Positions 9,558-16,807 of a stretch of DNA of 64,000 nucleotides are shown here, piece by piece. The notes under the pieces are model-generated. The model saw only the letters and a list, made by a program, of their open reading frames with translations, did not search any database and had not been told where the DNA came from. The position numbers and the translations under genes were made by a program. The DNA is taken from positions 45,662 through 109,661 of the forward strand of contig JBDRCB010000006.1 of NCBI GenBank assembly GCA_043822125.1, given 5' to 3'. Positions within the stretch are counted from its first letter, which is position 1. The number at the start of each line of letters is the position of its first letter. Source of the DNA: an archaeon. Its GTDB lineage: Archaea; Nanobdellota; Nanobdellia; Pacearchaeales; GW2011-AR1.

Positions 9558-9585
9558 GGAGAAACTAACAGGAATTCCCAGCGTA
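9558..9585. repeat. Hybrid dif-like site D1: GGAGAAACTAA-CAGGAA-TTCCCAGCGTA (left arm and spacer conserved, right arm unrelated)
   Basis: The spacer CAGGAA is identical to site B. It is preceded by AACGTTGCACT (9529-9539). The right arm lacks the TTATATyCAAT consensus. Confidence 0.45.
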
Positions 9586-9872
9586 GATAAATCGACCAAA
9601 TTTAAAATTTCATTTTTTGCCCGCCCGAGATAGAAGAAAAAAGCCCGCAGTCCTTCGGACAAATAGCTTTTTGCCGTCGGCAAAAATAGAAAAACTTCTT
9701 TTATCCGACCAACGAAAACCGAAATGAAATTTTTCAAATTTCACATAACCAAGGATAAAAGGTTCGTTTCACTCACGCAAATTTTTCATTGATAAGGGGA
9801 GTTCCTAATCCTTCGGATAATTTGTCGGCTTACGCCGAAAATGTTTTAAGGTTTATTTTTATAATTCTTTTA

Positions 9873-10694
9873 ATGAGTAATGAAATAAAAATAAAAAAGA
9901 AAACAATAAAGAATGTTTCTTATTTTGTAATCGGAATTCTTGTTTTATTGTTTCTATTCTGGCCAACACAGAATAACGAAGATTATAATCAGCCAGATAA
10001 ATATAATCAAATTATTCTTGATGAATCAGAAAATACAGGAAACGAATTAAATGAAGATAATTTTGACAAAATAGAAGAATTGCATTGGGGAAAAATCCCT
10101 ATAACATATAAATTTGAAAATGAAAATACAGAAAGACAGCTTAATTTGACAAGAAATGCTTTCTCTAAGATTGAGGAAGAAACAGGAGGAATTGTGACGT
10201 TTGAAGAAGTTTCAGAAAACCCAGATATTTCAATTTATTTCAAATCCTCAGAATATAATTCTGGTAGCGAGCATACTGTTGCAGATGCCCTTATTTCCGA
10301 AGTCGATGATTCAAGGAATTTAATTTTAAGAGGAGAATTAAATTTTTATGGGCAAGGTTTTGTCTGTAACACTGGTTACCCTGCTTTAGAAGTTCATGAA
10401 ATTCTTCATTTATTTGACATTCCCCATAACCCTCTAACTAAAAGTATAATGAGTCCATACACTGCCGAATCCTCATCTAGATGTGAAATAACAGAAATCG
10501 ATTCGGAATATATTTCTTGTTTGAGATACATATATTCCAATGGTGAAATTGAAGGAAATTGTGATTTTCCAAATGTTATTCACGAAAAAGAACCCGAATA
10601 TGTTTGCGATGAAGGTTGGTATCCTGTTGCGGGAACAGATTATTGTTGTCCTGAACCCAATATGAGAATTGTTGATGATTATTGCGAATATTAA
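9873..10694 (+). CDS. Secreted/membrane-anchored zinc metalloprotease (HExxHxxxxxH), Cys-rich C-terminus
   Basis: HEILHLFDIPHN zincin motif. N-terminal TM segment VSYFVIGILVLLFLFW. The start was moved to the ATG at 9873 because the upstream part of the track ORF runs through repeat sequence. Confidence 0.6.
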   Translation: MSNEIKIKKKTIKNVSYFVIGILVLLFLFWPTQNNEDYNQPDKYNQIILDESENTGNELNEDNFDKIEELHWGKIPITYKFENENTERQLNLTRNAFSKIEEETGGIVTFEEVSENPDISIYFKSSEYNSGSEHTVADALISEVDDSRNLILRGELNFYGQGFVCNTGYPALEVHEILHLFDIPHNPLTKSIMSPYTAESSSRCEITEIDSEYISCLRYIYSNGEIEGNCDFPNVIHEKEPEYVCDEGWYPVAGTDYCCPEPNMRIVDDYCEY

Positions 10695-10955
10695 AAACAA
10701 AAGAACCCCTCATTTTCTTTTTAGAAAAAAGAAATAAAAAAGGGCAGGCTTTTTTCTCGAATTATTTGGTCGTCGGAAACAACCATCCTCCTTTCCACCC
10801 TGAAAGAAAAATTAAAACTCACGAGGGGCTTTTTTAGCCTAGCTCGTGCCTCACTATTTCAGAGGTTCAAACCGAAAATATTATTAACAACGCCCTCTTT
10901 TGTTATATTAACATAATCCCAGGTGATCCGAAAGGGTTGCCTGATGCTTTAAAAA

Positions 10956-11480
10956 ATGAAATTTACAATTGTATTTATTGATGAGGTTATTTATCTTTTG
11001 TTTCTAAATTTTTTGGAAAAGGCAAACCACTAAAATATAAGATAGAGGTTTTTGCAAAAAACCTTGCAGAATCAAAGGGATTAGAATGTAAAAAAATTTA
11101 TTTTTATACTGCACCTCCTTATCAAGACTCAATGCCGACAAAAGAGGAGAATAGAAGAAAAGCTAGTTATGATAAATTTAATAATTGTTAGAGAAGGAAG
11201 ATGTCAAAAAATTGACAAGATTTATCAACAAAAAGGAGTAGATACCCTTTTAACAATTGACTTATCAAGAATTCCTAAAAAAGAAGGGATTTTTGATATT
11301 ATAGTTTTGACTTCAGATACAGATTTTGTTCCAATTATTAATGATTTATTTGAAGACGGAATAAATGTTATTCTCGCTTACTTTACAGATAGAAAAAGAA
11401 AGTCTGGACTTTCTCTTTCAAACTATTTGTGGAAGGCATGTAAAAATAAGATAAAAATTAAAAAAGAATTTTTTTCTTAA
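10956..11480 (+). pseudogene. NYN/LabA-like domain gene disrupted by two frameshifts
   Basis: MKFTIVFIDE (frame 0), then GYLSFVSKFFGKGKPL...YFYTAPPYQDSMPTKEENRRKASYDKFNNC* (frame 2, 10985-11191), then VREGRCQK..QQKGVDTLLTIDL..VLTSDTDFVPII (frame 0, 11169-11480). Confidence 0.6.
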
Positions 11481-11512
11481 AAAACAAAAAATTCAGGAAG
11501 AAAACTTCCTGA

Positions 11513-12670
11513 TTAAAAACTTAATAATTTTATTTTGTCGCTTGATGCTGCAAAATTTTTTGCAACTATCGCCTGACATTTTGAATCTTCAGCAGATTTT
11601 ATAACATTACCTGTTACAGCACCGTCAACCACTATTGCATAAATTTTCTCGCTGTCTTTTCTTAATGCACCACCAACTCCTTTTGCAGAAACACTTTTTA
11701 TCTCATTTAAATCTTCGTCTAAAAAAATTGCCTTTCCAGTTCCGCTGTTTTCTTCTGAAATTTTTTTCAGTTTTTCTTTTATCTCGTCGCTGATTTCTTT
11801 TATCTCACCATCTTGGACTTTTTCTCTAAAGTCTTCTGTTCTCTGCCTGTAATCTCTCCTGTTGAAAAATTCATTTACTGGAATTTTTTTTCTCAACTGC
11901 ATCCAGATTTCTTTGCCAGTAAGCTCCTCAACCTCTTTTCCGTCGGGTGCAACTGCAATGTATTTTACCTTAGCATTGTCAGCCACATTTTGGGCTATCA
12001 ATCTTCCGCCTCTGTCGCCGTCGATAAAAAGAGTAAGTTCTTTGTTATCTCCTAGTTTTATTATGTCTTCGTTGAGCTTTGTCCCATTCATTGCTATTGC
12101 ATTGTTTATTCCGTTTCTCAAAAGATTCAAAACATCTGCTCTTCCCTCGACAATAATAACTTCTTTTCCTGATAAATCTCCGCATGGTAGCTTATCTTTT
12201 CCAAATTCTTTCACACCTGCTGTTTTTGCAGAGTCTTTTATCTCATTTGAAATTTCTCTTGAGTCAGCAGAGCCGTGAATCTGCCCCATTAATTTTTTAG
12301 CCCTGTCTAAGATATAATCTCTTTTGCTTCCTCTGACATCTTCAATTCTTTCAACTTCCAGCTGAGAATCGCATGGTCCTATTCTTTCAATTGTTTCCAC
12401 TGCTGCTGCAATCAAGGTTGTTTCTGACTGGTCAAGTGCAGTCGGAATTTTTATTTTTCCTGTTGTTCTTCTGTCATTTCTCTCTAATTCAACTTCAATT
12501 CTTCCGATTTTTCCTTCTTTCTGCAGTTCTCTCATCTCCAGCTCAGCACCCAACAATCCTTCTGTCTGCCCGAAAATCGCGCCAATTACGTCAGGTTTTT
12601 CAAGTGCACCTTCTGCTGAAAAATTCACATGTATCATATATTTTATTGATACTGGACTTATTTTTGCCAT
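11513..12670 (-). CDS. dnaG: Archaeal DnaG-type primase (Toprim)
   Basis: The N-terminus IKYMIHVNFSAEGALEKPDVIGAIFGQTEGLLG is characteristic of archaeal DnaG. Toprim motifs VIIVEGRADVLNL and FIDGDRGG are present. Confidence 0.85.
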   Translation of the reverse strand: MAKISPVSIKYMIHVNFSAEGALEKPDVIGAIFGQTEGLLGAELEMRELQKEGKIGRIEVELERNDRRTTGKIKIPTALDQSETTLIAAAVETIERIGPCDSQLEVERIEDVRGSKRDYILDRAKKLMGQIHGSADSREISNEIKDSAKTAGVKEFGKDKLPCGDLSGKEVIIVEGRADVLNLLRNGINNAIAMNGTKLNEDIIKLGDNKELTLFIDGDRGGRLIAQNVADNAKVKYIAVAPDGKEVEELTGKEIWMQLRKKIPVNEFFNRRDYRQRTEDFREKVQDGEIKEISDEIKEKLKKISEENSGTGKAIFLDEDLNEIKSVSAKGVGGALRKDSEKIYAIVVDGAVTGNVIKSAEDSKCQAIVAKNFAASSDKIKLLSF

Positions 12671-12830
12671 TTTATTTTGTTTTATTTAATTAATGAAATC
12701 CCATGATTTCAATTAGAAAAATATCTGCTGTGCAGTTTCACAAATAGCTTTTGCTAAAAATGAATGTGAGGTGATAATCTAATGATATTTTCCTAATAAT
12801 CTTAAAGTAAAAATTTGTTTTTAAAAGTTT

Positions 12831-13400
12831 CTATCTTAACTTTTTCAATATCTCAGCTTCTCTGAATTTTCCGAGTTTATTATACAATTTCAAAAGTTTT
12901 TCTTTTATCTCTTGTTTTTCAATTTCCCCAGTACTCATTTCAAGAAGCTTCTCATAAATTTTTGCCGCCCTGTTCCTTTGAATTTCCCTCTCATGAACTT
13001 CTGCCTGCTTTTTGTAAAAATTTTTCACTGCAATATAAATTTCATTTCTCTGCACCGCATTTGCTTCTGCCATCGCTTTTTTCATAGCCTCATCAGCTTT
13101 GCTGAAAAATCCGCCTTTAATATAAACCTCTGATTCTTTAACATAACTTTTGATTTTCTCAGAATAAACAATTGAAGCCAAAGCAAGAACGTCATACATC
13201 TTAGCTGCATTCGCAAACATATTATTTTTCTCATAGATTAATGCTAATTTTGAGTAGACAAATTTCTTCATATCATGCGGAATATTTTCTTTTAGAAACC
13301 TGTTCAAATAATCTATTTTTACAAAATCTCCTTTAGTTGCAAGAAAATCTTCAATCTTCTGTTTTGACATATTTTTATTCAGCATATAAAAGATAAACAC
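12831..13400 (-). CDS. Hypothetical helical (TPR-like) protein
   Basis: 189-aa ORF with repetitive helical A/K/E-rich sequence. No specific family recognised. Confidence 0.35.
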   Translation of the reverse strand: MFIFYMLNKNMSKQKIEDFLATKGDFVKIDYLNRFLKENIPHDMKKFVYSKLALIYEKNNMFANAAKMYDVLALASIVYSEKIKSYVKESEVYIKGGFFSKADEAMKKAMAEANAVQRNEIYIAVKNFYKKQAEVHEREIQRNRAAKIYEKLLEMSTGEIEKQEIKEKLLKLYNKLGKFREAEILKKLR

Positions 13401-13424
13401 AAGAACTATTTAAGGATTATTGAA

Positions 13425-13796
13425 TTAATCAGAAGAATAAGGGCGAGGGTATTTTATATTTTCTTCTTCATCCATAAAACTTTGTTGTGCAGGACGAGGA
13501 CCCGCGCAATATTTACTAATGCTTCCTAGCGGATCACTATAGGGTTTGTTCCATAAAACTCTGTGCACTAATCCTTCTTTTTCAGCTAAATTAAGAACTG
13601 CTGTAATATCTCCCCTACTTAACTTTGAATCATCATGCTTTAAAATCTTAAATAATCCATCTAATTCAATACCCTCATTCTTAAATACAATCCATGCGAT
13701 ATAATCAATAAGATGTTTTATTTCAGAGTAATTAACAGGATTATTTGGTGGAAGTATGTTTTTTTCTTTATCTCCTAAAAAATAATTATCTTTCAT
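13425..13796 (-). CDS. Hypothetical protein
   Basis: 123-aa ORF in operon-like spacing downstream of tuf. It is not uS10, which would be expected here in many archaea. Confidence 0.35.
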   Translation of the reverse strand: MKDNYFLGDKEKNILPPNNPVNYSEIKHLIDYIAWIVFKNEGIELDGLFKILKHDDSKLSRGDITAVLNLAEKEGLVHRVLWNKPYSDPLGSISKYCAGPRPAQQSFMDEEENIKYPRPYSSD

Positions 13797-13803
13797 TTTA
13801 GAA

Positions 13804-15090
13804 TTATTCTTTTTTCTTTGTTATTTCAGTGCACATGCCTGCTGCAACTGTTGCACCAGCGTCCCTGACTGCGAATCTGCTCATAAAAGGATTTTCTTTT
13901 TGTGTTTCCAAACATAAGTTTCCTCTTGGTTGAATTTTAACTTTTGCAGTGTCTCCGTTTTTCAAGAAGTCAGGCTTTTCTTTAATAACCTGTCCTGTTC
14001 TTGGATCAATCTGTGCGATTAATTCAATAAACTGGCACGGAACCTGTGCAGTGTGAACATGAAATACTGGTGTGTATCCTTTTGCTAATACAGTCGGATG
14101 ATTTATTACAGTGATTGTCGCAATAAATTCTTCAACAACTGGAACAGGCTTTCCAGCTTCGCAGATAACATCTCCTCTTGCAATGTCCTTTTTTCCAACA
14201 CCTCTTATATTTATTCCAACATTGTCTCCTGCAACTGCTTCAGGCATAGATTCATGATGCATTTCAATTGTTTTTACTTCTCCTGTAATCCCCTTTCCTG
14301 TTCTTCCAGGAAGAACAATAACTTTCTGCCCTAATTTCATAACACCTGTTTCAATCTTGCCGACTGGAACTGTTCCAATCCCTGTTATTTCATAAACATC
14401 CTGACAGGGCATCCTCATTGGTAAATTAGTAGGTAGTTCTGGTGCAGGAAATAAATCTAACTGCTCAAGAATTGTTGGACCTTTATACCAAGGCATTTTA
14501 TCTGATTTTTTTGTAATATTCTCTCCTTTTAATCCAGAGCATGCAATAAATGTAGTTTTCTCAGGACTTATTCCAACACCCTGCAGTAATTTCCCAACAT
14601 CTTCTTTAACTTTTTTGTATGTTTCTTCTTTATAATCAACAGCATCCATTTTATTTATAGCAATACACAGATTTTTAACACCCATTGTTCTCAGCAACCA
14701 TAAGTGCTCTGTTGTTTGTGGCTGGACACCTGCTGGTGCAGCAATAACCAAAAAAGCAGCATCTGCCTGTGAAGCACCTGTAATCATGTTCTTGACAAAA
14801 TCTCTGTGCCCTGGCGCATCAATAATTGTAATCTGCCATTTTTGCGTCATTATCTTTTTATAAGACAAGTCAATAGTAACCCCTCTTTCTCTTTCTTCTC
14901 TTATTTTATCCATAATATAAGCAAATTCAAAACCTGCTTTACCATATTTTGCAGCCTCATCTTTTAGCTTTTTCATTTCTTGTTCAGAAACAGCACCGCT
15001 CTGAAAAAATAACTGTCCAACTATTGTTGATTTACCAGCGTCGACGTGTCCGACGAATACAATATTCATGTTTGGTTTTTCTTTAGCCAT
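13804..15090 (-). CDS. tuf: Translation elongation factor 1-alpha
   Basis: GHVDAGKST, DAPGHRDF and NKMD GTPase motifs. 428 aa. Confidence 0.95.
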   Translation of the reverse strand: MAKEKPNMNIVFVGHVDAGKSTIVGQLFFQSGAVSEQEMKKLKDEAAKYGKAGFEFAYIMDKIREERERGVTIDLSYKKIMTQKWQITIIDAPGHRDFVKNMITGASQADAAFLVIAAPAGVQPQTTEHLWLLRTMGVKNLCIAINKMDAVDYKEETYKKVKEDVGKLLQGVGISPEKTTFIACSGLKGENITKKSDKMPWYKGPTILEQLDLFPAPELPTNLPMRMPCQDVYEITGIGTVPVGKIETGVMKLGQKVIVLPGRTGKGITGEVKTIEMHHESMPEAVAGDNVGINIRGVGKKDIARGDVICEAGKPVPVVEEFIATITVINHPTVLAKGYTPVFHVHTAQVPCQFIELIAQIDPRTGQVIKEKPDFLKNGDTAKVKIQPRGNLCLETQKENPFMSRFAVRDAGATVAAGMCTEITKKKE

Positions 15091-15365
15091 TTTTAACTTG
15101 TTAATAAATGACGAGATGGAATTTTAATTCCAGCTTAGCCATTTTTCGTTTGTTTTTGAATAAATAGGTTATACGAAATCTTTTGATTTCAGTTTAGCTA
15201 TTTTAAAATTTTATTATAAAAATTTTAGTGTTATTCTAAAAAAAAATAGCTTTATAAATTTTTCTATTAAACTTCTAAATTTCTAACAATTTCTAAAAAT
15301 TGTGCTGCTGAATTTTTATTTTGTATTTTAACTAATTTTTTAAACTCCCTTTTTATTGTATTTTG

Positions 15366-16175
15366 ATGCAGACAGAAATAATACAAAATCTTTTGCTCGG
15401 AGCAGTTCAGGGAATAACAGAGTGGTTGCCAATAAGCTCTAGTGGAATTGTAATTTTGCTAAACGCAAATTTTTTTGGTGTTTCAGACATTGGGCGGTTG
15501 CTTCATATAGCTCTTTTCCTTCATCTTGGAACTTTTTTTGCTGCATTGATTTATTTTAGAAAAGATGTTGCAGAATTGATTTCCGCCTTGTTTAAATATA
15601 AATATTCAGATGATTCTTCTAAAAAAACTTTAAAGTTTTTAATAATCTCGACGATGATTAGTGGAGTTGTTGGCTTGATTATCTTAAAAACCTTAATTTC
15701 TTTTGAATCTCAGTTTGAAATTACAGGAAAAATTATCACTGGCCTCGTCGGTGTTATGCTCCTTTTCACAGGAATTATTCAGATTAAAATCCGCGGAAGA
15801 GGATTGAAAAATCCTCGTTCTTTGAAAAATACTGATGGAATTCTGCTCGGAGCAGTGCAGGGTGCTTCAACACTTCCAGGAATTTCCCGTTCTGGAATTA
15901 CTGTTTCATCTCTATTGCTAAGAAATTTCGACGACACAACAGCACTTCGGTTGAGTTTTTTAATGAGTCTGCCGATTGTTTTGATTGGAAATCTCTTTCT
16001 GAATCTTCAGGATTTTTTTAAAGTCGTGAATTCAACAGCAATTTACGGACTTCTGGCTTCTTTTATCTTCGGAATTTTAACAATCCACGGGCTGATAAAA
16101 ATATCAAGAAAAATTAACTTCGGATGGTTTGCTCTAATTTTCGCACTGCTGATGCTGGGGAGTTTATTTATTTAA
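15366..16175 (+). CDS. uppP: Undecaprenyl-diphosphatase (BacA/UppP)
   Basis: GAVQGITEWLPISSSG and GAVQGASTLPGISRSG motifs. Multi-pass membrane protein. Confidence 0.85.
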   Translation: MQTEIIQNLLLGAVQGITEWLPISSSGIVILLNANFFGVSDIGRLLHIALFLHLGTFFAALIYFRKDVAELISALFKYKYSDDSSKKTLKFLIISTMISGVVGLIILKTLISFESQFEITGKIITGLVGVMLLFTGIIQIKIRGRGLKNPRSLKNTDGILLGAVQGASTLPGISRSGITVSSLLLRNFDDTTALRLSFLMSLPIVLIGNLFLNLQDFFKVVNSTAIYGLLASFIFGILTIHGLIKISRKINFGWFALIFALLMLGSLFI

Positions 16176-16182
16176 TTCTGCA

Positions 16183-16201
16183 CTTTCCGCTACGCGGAAA
16201 G
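16183..16201 (+). terminator. Perfect hairpin CTTTCCGC-TAC-GCGGAAAG downstream of uppP
   Basis: 8-bp GC-containing stem with a 3-nt loop, 8 nt after the uppP stop, followed by a T-rich stretch. Confidence 0.35.
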
Positions 16202-16270
16202 TAGTATTTTAAAATATATAAATTTTCTTCAACCAAAACATTTAAATACAACTAACAATTATCTGTGTGT

Positions 16271-16606
16271 ATGAATATTAGTAAGGAAGATTTGTTAAGA
16301 ATCAATAAAGGTTTTGGAGGAAATTTAAGAAGTGATTCTAGTTTGGATTTTGCATTTAAAAAAATTGAAAACAGCAAAATCGGCATTTACAAACAGCTTG
16401 CTTATTTATTGAGGGCAATATTAGTGGATCATCCTTTTTCCGACGGAAACAAAAGAACTGCTACTTTTTTAGTTCTTGCTTTTGTAGAAGAGAGCAAAAA
16501 AACAGTGGATTTAGAGTTGCTTCAGCATCACATTATTTCAATTGCAAAAAATAATATTCAGGAAATAAGAAATATTGAATGGAGGATTCAAAATGCACTC
16601 AAATGA
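16271..16606 (+). CDS. Fic/Doc family protein (Doc-like toxin)
   Basis: HPFSDGNKRTA matches the Fic/Doc motif HxFx(D/E)GNKR. Confidence 0.75.
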   Translation: MNISKEDLLRINKGFGGNLRSDSSLDFAFKKIENSKIGIYKQLAYLLRAILVDHPFSDGNKRTATFLVLAFVEESKKTVDLELLQHHIISIAKNNIQEIRNIEWRIQNALK

Positions 16607-16799
16607 AATCAAAAGAATAATGAAGAAATACAAAGAAGTTTTTTTTAATTTGGAGAAATACGACAAAACCCGCGAACTCCCTTTTCAGAAAAAACGGATA
16701 GACATAACCTTATCAGTGGATACTATAAATAAATTAAGAAAATTAAAGGAAAAAACAGGCAAGCCAATCTCACAGATTATTGAAGAGAAAATTAGGTAA
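16593..16799 (+). CDS. Ribbon-helix-helix (CopG-like) protein, putative antitoxin encoded downstream of Doc
   Basis: RIDITLSVDTINKLRKLKEKTGKPISQIIEEKI fits a beta-strand plus two helices (RHH). Its start overlaps the Doc stop. Confidence 0.5.
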   Translation: MHSNEIKRIMKKYKEVFFNLEKYDKTRELPFQKKRIDITLSVDTINKLRKLKEKTGKPISQIIEEKIR

Positions 16800-16807
16800 T
16801 TATGATC

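Larger units (their letters stand above)
7116..10955. mobile_element. Array of single-gene modules separated by directly repeated dif-like sites in structured spacers (IMEX-like, pdif-module-like or integron-like cassette array)
   Basis: Repeated 28-bp 11-6-11 sites at 7116, 7726, 8599, 8957 and 9558, plus decayed copies. There is one ORF per interval, module-specific flanking inverted repeats, and the array sits next to the tyrosine recombinase. Confidence 0.5.

Noticed and set aside
9552-9737. A 61-aa minus-strand ORF from the track.
   Set aside because: It lies entirely within repeat and hairpin sequence (dif-like site D1, an inverted repeat, and a TTTTTGCCG/CGGCAAAAA hairpin). Its composition is atypical. 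It is most likely non-coding.
7650-9800. A CRISPR array, because of regularly recurring similar sequences.
   Set aside because: The repeats are imperfect (about 60-85 percent identity). Intervals are 200-600 bp and contain ORFs with promoters. No cas genes are present.
7655-9820. CTTCGG motifs as classical C(UUCG)G RNA tetraloops, implying a plus-strand structured RNA.
   Set aside because: In most copies the flanking bases pair better as NNCC-TTC-GGNN triloop hairpins, which are strand-symmetric. This gives no clear strand or RNA-versus-DNA inference. Only the GAAA hairpin at 10920-10943, with its G-T pairs, hints at plus-strand folding.
9789-9872. An N-terminal extension of the metalloprotease ORF (MIRGVPNPSDNLSAYAENVLRFIFIILL).
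   Set aside because: It starts with a non-ATG codon inside the repeat region. The ATG at 9873 is followed by a typical basic-then-hydrophobic signal anchor.
6997-10955. A classical integron (IntI plus attI plus attC cassettes).
   Set aside because: The recombinase shares N-terminal and C-terminal features with IntI-type enzymes. However, at 281 aa it seems to lack the IntI-specific insertion of about 35-40 aa. Within each spacer the conserved triplets read GTT...AAC, whereas attC sites read RYYYAAC...GTTRRRY. The conserved core is better described as a duplex 11-6-11 dif-like site. A GTTAAAC at 7044-7050 fits GTTRRRY, but such 7-mers are expected by chance in AT-rich DNA. The integron idea is kept only as an analogy.
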